From: Candidatus Brocadiia bacterium
GTDB lineage: Bacteria > Planctomycetota > Brocadiia > SM23-32
Reading direction: 5' to 3'
Length of the DNA stretch: 64,000 bases
Assembly (NCBI GenBank): GCA_046538485.1
Contig: JBKHIT010000014.1
Location: 23,083-87,082 of the forward strand
Shown piece after piece: positions 41,673 through 52,348 of this stretch (its first letter is position 1; every line of letters starts with the position of its first letter). The position numbers and the translations under genes were made by a program. The notes under the pieces were generated by a model. The model made no database searches. It was not told where the DNA came from and saw only the letters and a list, made by a program, of their open reading frames with translations.

Positions 41673-42584
41673 TTAAAGATTCGTTAGGCCGTCTTTTTCA
41701 GTAGTTTCTTCCTCATCCACCGGTGGCAATTCCGTTTCTTCTTCAGCCTCAACATTGGTCTTAGCAACTTTTGTTTCTTGCGGGGTTTCGTCATCCTTTT
41801 CACCTGGAGTTTCCTTATCTTCCCCTGCCTCTTCAGTCGTTTCCTCTTCGTCAGCTTTGCTGAGAAAATCTTTCTCTATCTGATCCTCTTCCGACGGGAT
41901 ATCGCTGGATTTGCCTGGCACTTCGTCTTCTCCCGCGAATACGTCTTCGGCATTTTTTCTCTTGCGGACCATACTCTCTATCCCATTGATACGGCTCAGG
42001 CCAGTTTCCAGCTCGGCCCGCATCTGGTCAAGCATTGCGCTGATTGAGTTGTCAAAAGATTCAAAGACGCTGGAGAGTTCACTTTTATAACCTCTGGCAA
42101 TCGCATTTTTGAATTCGTCGAGCCGGTCGAAGACTCCGGGCATTTCTCTTTCCACTTTTTGAACGTGGTTGCGGAGGGAGTCAAATTCGTTTCGCAGCTG
42201 TTCGATCTCGGCATCAGTTTTGGCGATTCTCCCCGACAACTCGGAGGACCTGTCTTCAAGCATTTCTGTCTGCCTGGAATGAAGCCCCTGAGTTCGTTCT
42301 TCCATCCCGTCCAGTTTTGTGTCCATTTTCCGATTCAGCAGGTTTTCCAGATCGTCCCTCAGATCTGAACGAAAATCCGAAATTTGGGCCTCCAGATCAT
42401 GGAGCTTTTCGCTGACATTTTTTACTTCAGTGCGAGCTTCAGCCGCAGTTGCTCGCGAGCGCGAAAGCAAGAAGAGGAAAATGATAATTATAATAAAAGC
42501 GATAGCCTCGCAGAGCAGGGGAATAAGAGTAGCCCAATCGCCCTGAGAGATCAGGTTTTGGATGTAGTCGATGGCACCTGACAT
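41673..42584 (-). CDS. Membrane-anchored coiled-coil protein with acidic tail
   Basis: RBS AAGGAGG, N-terminal TM, heptad-rich middle, E/D-rich C-terminus. Confidence 0.8.
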   Translation of the reverse strand: MSGAIDYIQNLISQGDWATLIPLLCEAIAFIIIIIFLFLLSRSRATAAEARTEVKNVSEKLHDLEAQISDFRSDLRDDLENLLNRKMDTKLDGMEERTQGLHSRQTEMLEDRSSELSGRIAKTDAEIEQLRNEFDSLRNHVQKVEREMPGVFDRLDEFKNAIARGYKSELSSVFESFDNSISAMLDQMRAELETGLSRINGIESMVRKRKNAEDVFAGEDEVPGKSSDIPSEEDQIEKDFLSKADEEETTEEAGEDKETPGEKDDETPQETKVAKTNVEAEEETELPPVDEEETTEKDGLTNL

Positions 42585-42783
42585 AGCCGCACCTCCTTGA
42601 TCAGAGATTTTAATCGCTTCCTTTGCTGCATGTTACGTTACCAATAGCGCGCTTTGAGCACAAGTCTCAGGTTTGCCGGTCACCGGCAAGGCGCAACGAT
42701 ATTCCCAGTGGAGTGTAAATTTAATTTAACGCATTGCGCCGGAGACAAGAGTAGTTCTGGTCCATAGAATTTCTAACTGCACA

Positions 42784-44226
42784 TCATTCTTTTGCACTGC
42801 TCAGTCCGTGTTTTGTCTTTTCCCAGTAGCTCGGTCGGGTTATGAGTTGCAGGAATCCTTTCCAGGCGCCGATACTGGCCAGAATCCAATAAAAAGGTAC
42901 CAGCAGGCAGTGTTTGATAAGGTCATAGTCGCCCCTTTGAAACGTTGCCAGCATCGTTGAATAAATGAACAAAAAATTGCCCAGGAACAGACAGAGCAAC
43001 CCCCAGAGGATAAGGGGGAAAGGGAAGAGTTCACTGAATGCTTCCCATCGAAAGGCAAACCACACGCTGGTGAGAAACCAATAGATAGGATTTAACAGAA
43101 GACACAAAAACGTGCCTCCCACCATCATATGGAATGCGAAAGTTTTTCTCAGCCCTAATGTTCGCAGGGATGTCAGAGGACGTCGCAGGTGGACGAGGTA
43201 GGTTTGGATATATCCTTTTGCCCACCGCGAACGTTGTCGCACCCAAAACCCCAGAGCACTGCACGCCTCTTCCCAGGTTGTAGAGTCGATGATCCGTGTC
43301 CGATATCCTTTCATGGCCAGTCGCATGCCGAGGTCGCAATCTTCGGTTACGTTATAAGGATCCCAGCCCAGCAGTTCTTTGAGTTTCTTTACTTTGAAGT
43401 GATTTGACGTGCCGCCGAGCGGTATGGGAGCTTCAAGATAGTCGAGTCCTGGTAACATAAGATCAAACCAGACGGAGTAATCGGTCGTGAACCATCGGGT
43501 CAGAATGTTCTGACGCTGGTTATAAAAGTTTAATTTTGCCTGTAGACACACTACACCGGGGCCAATTTTTCGGAAACCACAGACGGCTTTTCGAAGTTGG
43601 TCGGGTTCCGGGCGGTCTTCTGCATCATAAATCACAAGATATTTGCCGCGGGCAAGTCCGAGTCCAAGATTGCAGGCTTTAGGTTTGGTTTTGGGTTGGA
43701 CATCAGGAACGATCACGACTCGGACATAGTCTGGCAGTTCGAGACCTCGTGAGGCACGAATCGTATCGTAATCGCCTTCTTCGAGCAGGAGCAGCACATC
43801 AAGCTTGTTTTTCGGGTATTCGAGTGCTTCCAGGCCATCCAGAAGTTTTGGCAACACCTCGGCCTCTTTGTAGAGGGGGACGAGGATCGAATACACGGGG
43901 AGATCTTCCTCTCGTATCGCATCCAGTTCTTCTCTACGGAAGCTCATTTCTTTACGTGATGTTATGGAAAGGTGGATCAGGTAAGATTTGAAAGCCACCA
44001 CGACGAGGTAAAACGCGAGACAAACGCCATTTGCAGCGATGAGTGTCGTGGTCCAATCGAAAAGAGCTCCCGCAATCAGGAACGCCAGCAGACCGAAAAG
44101 GACCAATTTTTGCATACCGTTAAGCACCATAACGGCACTGAGATCGGGGTGTTGCTCCGGGAGAGCATGCATAAAGCCCCGAGCTTCTGGAGTGATTGTG
44201 GATTCGTTGGGGTGATTCTTTTCCAC
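42784..44226 (-). CDS. GT2 processive glycosyltransferase (cellulose-synthase-like superfamily)
   Basis: LVPLYKE, TKPKACN, YDAED, NVTEDCDLG, QRSRW, WEKTKHG; TMs at both ends. Confidence 0.92.
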   Translation of the reverse strand: MEKNHPNESTITPEARGFMHALPEQHPDLSAVMVLNGMQKLVLFGLLAFLIAGALFDWTTTLIAANGVCLAFYLVVVAFKSYLIHLSITSRKEMSFRREELDAIREEDLPVYSILVPLYKEAEVLPKLLDGLEALEYPKNKLDVLLLLEEGDYDTIRASRGLELPDYVRVVIVPDVQPKTKPKACNLGLGLARGKYLVIYDAEDRPEPDQLRKAVCGFRKIGPGVVCLQAKLNFYNQRQNILTRWFTTDYSVWFDLMLPGLDYLEAPIPLGGTSNHFKVKKLKELLGWDPYNVTEDCDLGMRLAMKGYRTRIIDSTTWEEACSALGFWVRQRSRWAKGYIQTYLVHLRRPLTSLRTLGLRKTFAFHMMVGGTFLCLLLNPIYWFLTSVWFAFRWEAFSELFPFPLILWGLLCLFLGNFLFIYSTMLATFQRGDYDLIKHCLLVPFYWILASIGAWKGFLQLITRPSYWEKTKHGLSSAKE

Positions 44227-44310
44227 TATCTTGCCTTTTTAGTACTGCGATGCTTTAAGCGCCGGCAGACTTTTCTCTTCTCTATGGCGCCATAAGACGA
44301 TACCGGCTCC

Positions 44311-45600
44311 CTATTTTTTACCCGGTTGCCCCTCTTGTAGCAAGGCGAGACGAGCGAAATTAAGTGCGTGACGGGTAGCACGCCCTTTAATTCTCCACCG
44401 ATCCCCCCGCAATTGCAAACGGTGTGACCAAACTTCGTCAAAGAGGCTGACGCCGACAAAAAGCAAACCGACGGGTTTCTCCGCAGTTCCTCCCGTCGGG
44501 CCTGCAATACCGGTTGTGCTGAGGCCCAGATCTGCCCCTGTTGTGTGTGCAACTCCTCTTGCCATTGACTCGGCGACCTCGGGACTGACTGCACCCAATC
44601 TTTCGATTTGTTCCGGGGGGACGCCCAGTTGGCTGATTTTCGCTTCGTTACTGTAGCTGACGACGTCGGCCAGAAGAAATTGTGAGATGCCGGGGATGTC
44701 GACCAACAAACTGCCGATTTCTCCGCCGGTACATGATTCGGCGACAGAAAGGGTGAGCTGTTTTTCTCCCAGCAAGTTGCTGACGGCCAGAGCTACTACG
44801 TTGAGGTGTTGTTCGCCCTTATCCACCCCACAAATATCTCCACCGAAACGGCGGCGGAGCTCTGTCTCGTCGCGGTCAAGTAACTGACGAGCTTCATCGG
44901 GACTTTCGGCTCGTGCTCGTAGTGAGATTGATACAACACCACCCTCAACGGTTAATCCCGCAGAAGGGTTTCTTTTTTGCTGCATCATGTCTCCGATTTC
45001 TTCGTCTACTTCAGATTCCGGAACCCCGAATAGATGTATCCGCCTGACCAGGATATATCCCTGCACTTTGTTCAGCAGGAAAGGCATGACGTATTGTTCA
45101 AACATACCTTTCATCTCGGATGGCACCCCGGGCATTGCGATAAGCATGCTTTCTCCCATGGGACAGGCAAATCCTCGTGCTGTCCCACGGTCATTTTCAA
45201 AAATCTTGGAACCGGAGGGAAACAGTGCCTGGCTCTGATGTTCCTCGGAGAGTTCGACGTCGTAGCGGTTAAGGACACTTCGAATGTGATTGAGGGATCC
45301 TTCATCAACCACCAGATCTCGTTCCGCCGCCCGTGCTACCGCCCGACGGGTTCTATCGTCAGAAGTAGGGCCCAGGCCACCGCTGAGCAATATAAGATCG
45401 CTATCTTTGGCCGCGCGCCGCAATTCTTCTTCGAGCGAAGCTTCGTCGTCGCCTATTGTAATCAGCCGGCGGATCTCAAAACCATGGTTTTGGATATGGC
45501 GTGCAATAAAGCAGGCATTTGTATCAGTTTTAGCGCCGGTGAGGAGTTCTTCACCCGTTGAGACGATAGTTGCCCGTCTGAGTTGTTGCTTTGGGGACAT
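44311..45600 (-). CDS. cinA: CinA family protein (competence/damage-inducible; NMN deamidase)
   Basis: STGEELLTG…DTNA, GGLGPTSDDRT, PGVPSEM, AESCTGG, STTGIAGPTGG…KPVG. Confidence 0.93.
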   Translation of the reverse strand: MSPKQQLRRATIVSTGEELLTGAKTDTNACFIARHIQNHGFEIRRLITIGDDEASLEEELRRAAKDSDLILLSGGLGPTSDDRTRRAVARAAERDLVVDEGSLNHIRSVLNRYDVELSEEHQSQALFPSGSKIFENDRGTARGFACPMGESMLIAMPGVPSEMKGMFEQYVMPFLLNKVQGYILVRRIHLFGVPESEVDEEIGDMMQQKRNPSAGLTVEGGVVSISLRARAESPDEARQLLDRDETELRRRFGGDICGVDKGEQHLNVVALAVSNLLGEKQLTLSVAESCTGGEIGSLLVDIPGISQFLLADVVSYSNEAKISQLGVPPEQIERLGAVSPEVAESMARGVAHTTGADLGLSTTGIAGPTGGTAEKPVGLLFVGVSLFDEVWSHRLQLRGDRWRIKGRATRHALNFARLALLQEGQPGKK

Positions 45601-45613
45601 TAAAGACCTTCTC

Positions 45614-46819
45614 TCAGTGCCCCTTTTCCGCCGTGGACGGTTCTTCGACGACACGGAAAGGCAGGAATTTCCGAGCGGCAAATTTGTCGCTATTGGAGCG
45701 AGTAACAATGGGAGATTCGCCAGGAGTGTTGTTTCCGTTATACAGACTCTTTTCGGACTGACGGCCAACCACTGAGACGCTTCCGCGGAACAACCGCAGA
45801 CGGACTTTTCCCGAGACATGCTCCTGTGTTACATCCATAAAAGCGTCGAGTGCATTGCGCAGTTGCGAGAACCAAAGGCCGTCGTAGACCAACTCAGCGT
45901 ACCACCTTGCAGCTTCTGATTTTGCCTCCAGCGTCTTGTAGTCCAGGGTCAGTTCCTCCAGAGCACTGTGAGCTTCCATCAGTGCGGTAGAGCCTGGAGC
46001 TTCATAGACTTCCCTGGATTTTTGGCCCGTGAGCCGATCTTCAATTACCTCGGCTCGTCCGATTCCGTGGCGACCGCATATTTCGTTCATCCTTTGGACA
46101 AGGGTATGCGCTGCAAGATCTTCACCGTTTACAGCGACAGGATTGCCTTTGTAAAATTCGATTACTATCTCTTCGGGTTCTTGAGGGGCAGCCATCGGAT
46201 TCGCTGTTAATCGATAAGTGTCTTCTGGCAAAGGTTCCCAGGTTCCCAGGCTGCCGTCAGCCGCAACAGCTCCTCCCCATAGGTTAGTGTCATAACTCAG
46301 CGTGGGGATAGTGCTTTCCGGAGGAACAATTCCATTTTTTTCAGCATATTTTAACGCGTCCTGTCGGCTCCGCAACGGAGGTATTTCATCGGGACGAATG
46401 ATTTCTACGTCAGCGTCGAATGCGGAGACGTTCATCTCAAAACGATGCAGATCGTTGCTTCGACTGCTGGTTCCCAGTGCCAGGTAATGGCAACCTTCCT
46501 GCCTGGCAATCCTGGTAATCACGGCGGCAATAAGCGGGCGTGCCAATGCACCGCTGAGAAGGTAACGCCTTTCGTAAATAGCCGAAGCGCGAAGAGCACG
46601 AAAAGCATAGTCACGACAGAATTCCTCGCAGCAGTCTTCGATGTGCGCTCCTGAAGCTCCGAGTGATACCGCATACTCGCCGAGCTCCCATGTCGGAGAT
46701 TGCTGCCCGATCTCGGCAATCACAGCCATGACTTTTGCTCCCCTGCGTTCCACAAGCCAGTGGAGACATACCGAGGACTGCAAACCTCCAGTGAAAGCCA
46801 ACGCCACTTTTTTATACAT
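45614..46819 (-). CDS. argG: Argininosuccinate synthase (divergent)
   Basis: KVALAFTGGLQSS, ALARPLIA, SYDTNLWG, GIGR…EDRLTGQKSREVYEAP, LVYDGLWFS. Confidence 0.85.
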   Translation of the reverse strand: MYKKVALAFTGGLQSSVCLHWLVERRGAKVMAVIAEIGQQSPTWELGEYAVSLGASGAHIEDCCEEFCRDYAFRALRASAIYERRYLLSGALARPLIAAVITRIARQEGCHYLALGTSSRSNDLHRFEMNVSAFDADVEIIRPDEIPPLRSRQDALKYAEKNGIVPPESTIPTLSYDTNLWGGAVAADGSLGTWEPLPEDTYRLTANPMAAPQEPEEIVIEFYKGNPVAVNGEDLAAHTLVQRMNEICGRHGIGRAEVIEDRLTGQKSREVYEAPGSTALMEAHSALEELTLDYKTLEAKSEAARWYAELVYDGLWFSQLRNALDAFMDVTQEHVSGKVRLRLFRGSVSVVGRQSEKSLYNGNNTPGESPIVTRSNSDKFAARKFLPFRVVEEPSTAEKGH

Positions 46820-47013
46820 GTTTTTCTCTCTGTCGTTAGCCGGTTAACCCGCCTCGCAAACCATTTACTCCACGTGAATTATAGCCAACCGTTCGCCCCG
46901 ATGGCAAATTTTGGCGAAAGAGTTATTCAATCAGGGCCCCTTTAACGTTGCTTTGAGCGTCGCCAAAAATTCAGCGCCCACATAAAATCAACAATAGGTT
47001 TGCGATCATTCAA

Positions 47014-48573
47014 TTAATGTTCTTCAGTCGAGTCTCTTGTGGAACTACTGGATGCCAGGGAAAATGCAAAAATAAGCGCTATGCCTACCCCTCTAACAAG
47101 GTAATTCGTGAAAAGACCGCCGATGGCGAAAGCAATTAAACTCCCGCGGGCCCCAAACGCTACATAATGCCCCCAATTCTCTTCATTGAACTCATGCTGA
47201 GTCCCGACCATGCGGATGAAAGCCAGAAGGACCCAGAGGAAAGCCAGTAATCCCAGGAACCCGGTTTCCGTGATCCATACTGCGTAAAAGGCGTTCCCTC
47301 CATGTTCCATCAAATCTTTTGGAGCTTTCGCAGGGCTCATATTGTAAGCTCCGAATCGTTTGTCGGAATAATAGCTTCCTATTACTCTCTGGTAATTGCC
47401 CAGCCCGTGGCCGAAAAGAGACTGTTGCGAAAATGCCAGCAAGGCCGGTTGCCATTCGATATAACGTTGCTGCCACGGACTCCGACCGCCAGATGTCAAA
47501 TCCGGAATGCCCCCGGTTTTTGCCAGATCAGGATTGGCATCGTAAAGGGGAATGATCGTCCTAAAACGATCTTCGGTCCGTCGTAACATCACTGAATCTA
47601 ACAAAATTTGTCCGGGTTTTTGCGGGGCCAGGGCAAAGATAAGTGGGAAAAATATCATCATTCCTGCCGAAGTAAGCAGGAAAGCAAATCGACTCCGGAA
47701 AAAAGATACGATGAGAACGCCGATCATCGCTGCCAGCCATAGCCCCCCGTGCAAGAGCAATAGAGCTCCGATCAGAGAGAACAAGAAAGCCCCAATACGA
47801 ACCTTTACCTCCTTTTCGTACAGGAAGATGGCCCATAGAAGAGGGAGGATGATAGTGAGCCATGCTCCGAATACATTGCGATTGCTCCGGGTCCCGATCT
47901 GTCCGTGTGGTCCACTCCGTTTGCCCGGGAAGCCAAAGGTTGCATCCAGACGCGCCGCACTTATCAAAGCTCCCCGAGACCGGCCTCCAGGTGTGGGTGG
48001 ACGCAAACGGCGATATTCCATCAGCCCCACTATCAATGCGATAGTGACGCCGGTGAAGAAGGCGACAATTATCCATTTGCGCCGACGAGGATTCTCCAGA
48101 TGATCGCGGATAAGTAGAAAAGAAACGACAAAAAGCAAACATAACTGGACAAACTCTTTCAGACCTGCTCCGATAGCCAACGGGCCCGTCCCCGCCGGAC
48201 GCGCGAATTTTAAGAAGGGCAAAAGGGAGATGAGAGCCGAAAGGATCAGCCCGAGCAGTGGGAGAGGATAGTTCTGTACCAGGGATTTTAGGCCATGACG
48301 GTACCATTTCAGAATGCCCCAACCCGCAAACGCCAGTAAAACCAGAACGTGCGAGAGCGTAAGATGAACTGCGGGGATTTTACTGGCCAGTCCGGCCCCA
48401 AAGCTCAGACCATTTGTGAGAGCTTCGGCCCACTGCCTGACAGTCATCTGGGTCGGATGAAGCACGAGAGCGACTACCAGCAGCGCGAAAGTCGCAGTGT
48501 CAGCAAAAGCAACGAAGGTCTGCTCACCGGTGGGATTTTCTTCGGTCCCTTCCGAGCTGCGCGGGGAGCTCAT
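47014..48573 (-). CDS. O-antigen ligase/polymerase-like polytopic membrane protein
   Basis: Multiple TMs, NRNVFG, FGHGLGNY, ETGFLGL. Confidence 0.7.
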   Translation of the reverse strand: MSSPRSSEGTEENPTGEQTFVAFADTATFALLVVALVLHPTQMTVRQWAEALTNGLSFGAGLASKIPAVHLTLSHVLVLLAFAGWGILKWYRHGLKSLVQNYPLPLLGLILSALISLLPFLKFARPAGTGPLAIGAGLKEFVQLCLLFVVSFLLIRDHLENPRRRKWIIVAFFTGVTIALIVGLMEYRRLRPPTPGGRSRGALISAARLDATFGFPGKRSGPHGQIGTRSNRNVFGAWLTIILPLLWAIFLYEKEVKVRIGAFLFSLIGALLLLHGGLWLAAMIGVLIVSFFRSRFAFLLTSAGMMIFFPLIFALAPQKPGQILLDSVMLRRTEDRFRTIIPLYDANPDLAKTGGIPDLTSGGRSPWQQRYIEWQPALLAFSQQSLFGHGLGNYQRVIGSYYSDKRFGAYNMSPAKAPKDLMEHGGNAFYAVWITETGFLGLLAFLWVLLAFIRMVGTQHEFNEENWGHYVAFGARGSLIAFAIGGLFTNYLVRGVGIALIFAFSLASSSSTRDSTEEH

Positions 48574-48580
48574 AATTCTG

Positions 48581-49687
48581 TCAGTTTCTTTCCTTGCCCG
48601 GGGGGCAATAATTATCGAAGACCATTACGATTTCAGCCAGATCTGCATGAACTTTGTGAAGCAGTTCAGCCAGCACATCCGGGGTGAACTCAGTGGTACG
48701 TTTACAGGCCGCAAAGGTGGTTTTTTTGCTGAATTTCAGCTTAAAGGTAGATTCCCCTTCGGTCCGCCTAAAACTTCGGGGTTTATTCTGTTGGTACCCA
48801 AGACCTTGAAGTGTTTCTTGTGCCTTCTCGGCGGCCTCCGCGTTGCCGCCGGTCCCGATAGAAGTTTTCAGCATAAGGTAATAAGAATTGGGGGTTTTGA
48901 CAATTTGGACGAGCACGGTGTAATCGCCCAGGGGATACCGCGCGTACGCATTTTTTTCTTCAAGGTCCGTGTAGCGGATAGGGAGTTTGCCGTCCGCAAA
49001 GGCCTTCCCGAGAATATCCACACTTTTTACGAGCGGCACATTCCCATAGTCGGTTTTTTCTTTTTCTTCTTTTTTCTCTTCAACCACAGCTGCTTTTTCT
49101 TCGGAGGGCTCTTCGCTTTTTGGCTCAGTGTCCTTTATCGCCTGCTCGGAGGGCGGCTCTTCAGCGACTCCGGCGGTTTCCGAAGGTAAGGCGCTCTCTT
49201 CCGCTTCGGCTTTTTCCTGAAGCTCTTCCTCTTCCAGAGCCTTTTCCATAAGTTGTGCGAACTTGGCGTGCATCTCTTCTTGGCTCGCGGACTCGGCTTC
49301 TTCCCGTCTTTTTTCCGCGAGATCCGCCTCTTCTTGTTCCTCTTCGTGCCTTTGTTTGTCGAGCCGTTCCTTTAACGCACCCTCAAGTATGTCTTCGTAC
49401 TCTCGAAAATCAGCCCGAGGGAGTTTTTCCTTCCATACCGGGAGAATGCTCTCGTAGAATTCTTTTTTGCGGTCTTTCCCCCGATCTTGAGAATCGGCGA
49501 TTCCCCGGTCAATGGCGAGACAAACCGAGTGGAAATACGTCTTCAGTTCTTCCGTCGGTTCCGCCGGTTCGAGATCTGGCGGGTTTACCAGCAGTTTATC
49601 GAAACATCTCATAAACACCGGATAAGGCACTTCTCGCTTGCCGTTGAAATATAGTTCTTGAATTGTTTCGACGGGATTTGTTTTCAT
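48581..49687 (-). CDS. Hypothetical protein with acidic central linker
   Basis: Long ORF, RBS GGAG, co-oriented with neighbours. Confidence 0.75.
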   Translation of the reverse strand: MKTNPVETIQELYFNGKREVPYPVFMRCFDKLLVNPPDLEPAEPTEELKTYFHSVCLAIDRGIADSQDRGKDRKKEFYESILPVWKEKLPRADFREYEDILEGALKERLDKQRHEEEQEEADLAEKRREEAESASQEEMHAKFAQLMEKALEEEELQEKAEAEESALPSETAGVAEEPPSEQAIKDTEPKSEEPSEEKAAVVEEKKEEKEKTDYGNVPLVKSVDILGKAFADGKLPIRYTDLEEKNAYARYPLGDYTVLVQIVKTPNSYYLMLKTSIGTGGNAEAAEKAQETLQGLGYQQNKPRSFRRTEGESTFKLKFSKKTTFAACKRTTEFTPDVLAELLHKVHADLAEIVMVFDNYCPPGKERN

Positions 49688-49838
49688 TATCCGGAACTCC
49701 CTGATCCCCTCAGACTACATTTTTTGGTTTCCTTTTGACCCACAAAATATCGGGACCTGCTTGCAAAAGCAAAAATATGTGTCTTGGCTCCAGAGATCAT
49801 CATACCTGAGATTATACAACAATCTGAGTCGTATGTCT

Positions 49839-50672
49839 TTAACGCACTTCCTCGACAAGGTTCATAAGACGCTGGCCATACTCCACATATAGGTCGAATG
49901 CCGATTTTTCTTCTCGGGCACTTTTCCCTTCGTGGATTACTGCGGCCAGATGAGGTTCGATTGAAAATCCGCCATCGTAGCCCCGTTCCAGCAGATCGGC
50001 GACGATTTCCTTAACGCGGGCGTCTCCTTCACCGCAGAAAGTGTATCGCATATCACCGTCTTCCATAATGCCGTCTTTTATATGGACATAGACGATGTGG
50101 TCCCGGACCGCCCTGTAATATTCCCAGGGATCTTGTTGATGATGCACTGGATTGCCGGTATCCCAGACCAGTTTCAGATGTGCAGAATCAACTTTCTCCA
50201 GCATTTCGAGCGTTTCGTCCGGCCCTTGCCCGGCCCATCCGTCGCAGTTTTCATGGACCAGAGTGATATCAGCTTCTTCTGCCAGGCGCGCAAGCACTTT
50301 GAGCCGCTCAATGGCTTCATCACGCCATTTTTCTTCCGGCCAGTTGGCGTTCGGATAGCTCATTGTGCGAATATACTTGCACCCCATTTCTTGCATCCGC
50401 GGAATGGCTCGCAGCAATTCTTGCCGGTCGATCTCGGGATGCGTGGTAATAGGGCGGGCCCAATTACAGAGCTGAGAACCAAAATCTGAAACGGCAAGCC
50501 CGGCAGAAGTAAGTTTATCCGCTATCTCGTCAAAAGTTTCATCACAAAGATCGGTCACGTTGACTCCATCGATATTTCTCAACTCGATGTGCTTCCAACC
50601 AAGTTGTTTTTGAGCTTTGATTTGTTCGTCGATGGATTCGCTGGCTTCATCTGCAATTCCTGAAAAAAACAT
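49839..50672 (-). CDS. Sugar phosphate isomerase/epimerase (xylose-isomerase-like TIM barrel)
   Basis: SGIADE, HENC, WDTGN, VHIKD, SIEPHL. Confidence 0.9.
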   Translation of the reverse strand: MFFSGIADEASESIDEQIKAQKQLGWKHIELRNIDGVNVTDLCDETFDEIADKLTSAGLAVSDFGSQLCNWARPITTHPEIDRQELLRAIPRMQEMGCKYIRTMSYPNANWPEEKWRDEAIERLKVLARLAEEADITLVHENCDGWAGQGPDETLEMLEKVDSAHLKLVWDTGNPVHHQQDPWEYYRAVRDHIVYVHIKDGIMEDGDMRYTFCGEGDARVKEIVADLLERGYDGGFSIEPHLAAVIHEGKSAREEKSAFDLYVEYGQRLMNLVEEVR

Positions 50673-50822
50673 TTTCGTCTCCCGTAATCGAATGGGAAAG
50701 CAGGCGTGAAATTACAACACTCTGAAACTCCAAATTATGTCGCTTTTCGCCTTAGTGTCAAGTCCCATGTTTCCAGTTCCCCGGACAATATCCCTGGATT
50801 CCGAGCGGGCAAACACACTAAA

Positions 50823-51737
50823 TTACGTGAACGGTGGAGGGCTCCCTCCGAAAAGCATTTGAAACAGAGCTCCAATGACTTCCACGTAATGGTCAAGAAT
50901 ACCACAGAGCTGCGCTCTGAAAAGAACAATCAGAACCGATGCGGACGAGAGAAAAGGGCCATAGGGCATCACATGTTCGTCTTCCAGTAACAGCAGAGGA
51001 ATCCCATAAATAAGACCGAAAAATGGGGCGATAAAAAATGCGAGAAAACTAACTTTCCAGCCGAGAAAAGCTCCCACCATGGCCATCAATTTTACATCTC
51101 CGAAGCCGATGGCTTCTTTTCCGAACAAAACCGCACCAAGAATTGCGAAAAAGATGACCAGAATCCCCCCCCCGAGTGCTCCAATCAGGGAACCTATCAG
51201 ACCGTCTAAGTGTTGCAGTCCCGTGAGTGTTTCAAATGTGTGATACGGCTGCTGGCCAACATGGAGTTCCGGCAAAAGCCCTCCCGCAATTATTCCACCG
51301 AACAGTCCGAACACGCTAATCTCGTCGGGAATGATGAAAAATTGCATGTCGACGGCACTTGAGATAACAAGCAGAGATATAAGCAGTCCCATAATGATAA
51401 GTTGTCCCGGCCCCGTGTTCTGACCGACCCCCTGGAGCAAGTATAAACCCAGAAAAAGCAGCCCGGTTAGCCCTTCGATAACCGGGTAACGGAACGAAAT
51501 GGGTTCTTCGCAGTGCCGACATCGCCCGCGAAGAATAAGAAAACTCAGGATTGGGATGTTATCAAAAGCCGCAATGGGCGTTTTGCAATGTGGGCAAAAG
51601 GAACGGTTCGGCTTGGAAATGCACAGCCCCCTCGGCAAACGCCATATACAAACATTAAGAAAACTACCAACGGCACAGCCAAGCAAGAAGAGAATGCCGG
51701 CCATCGCGAACTGCGGAATGGTTATTGCAACTATCAT
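50823..51737 (-). CDS. pilD: Prepilin peptidase (A24, PilD-like)
   Basis: GSFLNVCIWRLP, SFCPHC, DNIPILS, GRCRHC, GFGDVKL, PYGPFL. Confidence 0.93.
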   Translation of the reverse strand: MIVAITIPQFAMAGILFLLGCAVGSFLNVCIWRLPRGLCISKPNRSFCPHCKTPIAAFDNIPILSFLILRGRCRHCEEPISFRYPVIEGLTGLLFLGLYLLQGVGQNTGPGQLIIMGLLISLLVISSAVDMQFFIIPDEISVFGLFGGIIAGGLLPELHVGQQPYHTFETLTGLQHLDGLIGSLIGALGGGILVIFFAILGAVLFGKEAIGFGDVKLMAMVGAFLGWKVSFLAFFIAPFFGLIYGIPLLLLEDEHVMPYGPFLSSASVLIVLFRAQLCGILDHYVEVIGALFQMLFGGSPPPFT

Positions 51738-51934
51738 AAAGTTTCTCTATCTTTCCCCGGACAGAAAATGCTCGACAAATATCTTACCAGGGAAATCGGC
51801 ATAAGGACAACGCAGAGAAACGATTTTTGAAACTCTGGCATGTACCGGAGCGCTTTTGCCCACAAGTCGCTATTTTTTTAACCGCCGAATTGCCCCCCGA
51901 ACTGACGGAAAAATGGCCGCCTGTACACAATATG

Positions 51935-51962
51935 TTGACAAATGACTTTTTCGGCCTACAAT
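51935..51962 (+). promoter_or_regulatory. Sigma70-type promoter
   Basis: TTGACA-16 nt-TACAAT in a divergent intergenic region. Confidence 0.45.
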
Positions 51963-52065
51963 ATAATCTATCCCTCGCTTTGTGGGGAACAGCTGTGGTA
52001 TTATCGTATAAGAAGAAAGCTTATAATTTATTCTGAAAAATAAGGTTGGAAAGAAACGATAGCCC

Positions 52066-52296
52066 GTGTCAAGCGCAAACCAAGATCCCGAGCAACAGCG
52101 CCTGAAGTTGTCAATTTACGTTGAAGATGCCCTGATTCTGCTGGCGATCGTTTGTCTTTTTGTTCTCGGGATTTTTTTCCGCTCAGAACTCTGGGCTCAA
52201 TTGGTTATGATTGTTGTTCTCGGTGTAATGCTGGTGGTGTTTGGTCGGCGTCTCACGCGCGTGCATCGCGCTTTCGAGAAAGAGCAGGACCAGTAG
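52066..52296 (+). CDS. Small two-TM membrane protein
   Basis: Two hydrophobic helices; GTG start. Confidence 0.65.
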   Translation: MSSANQDPEQQRLKLSIYVEDALILLAIVCLFVLGIFFRSELWAQLVMIVVLGVMLVVFGRRLTRVHRAFEKEQDQ

Positions 52297-52348
52297 AAGC
52301 ATTCTGGTTAGCCCAACGCTCGGTGCGAAAGAAAATGGAGGCATAAAG

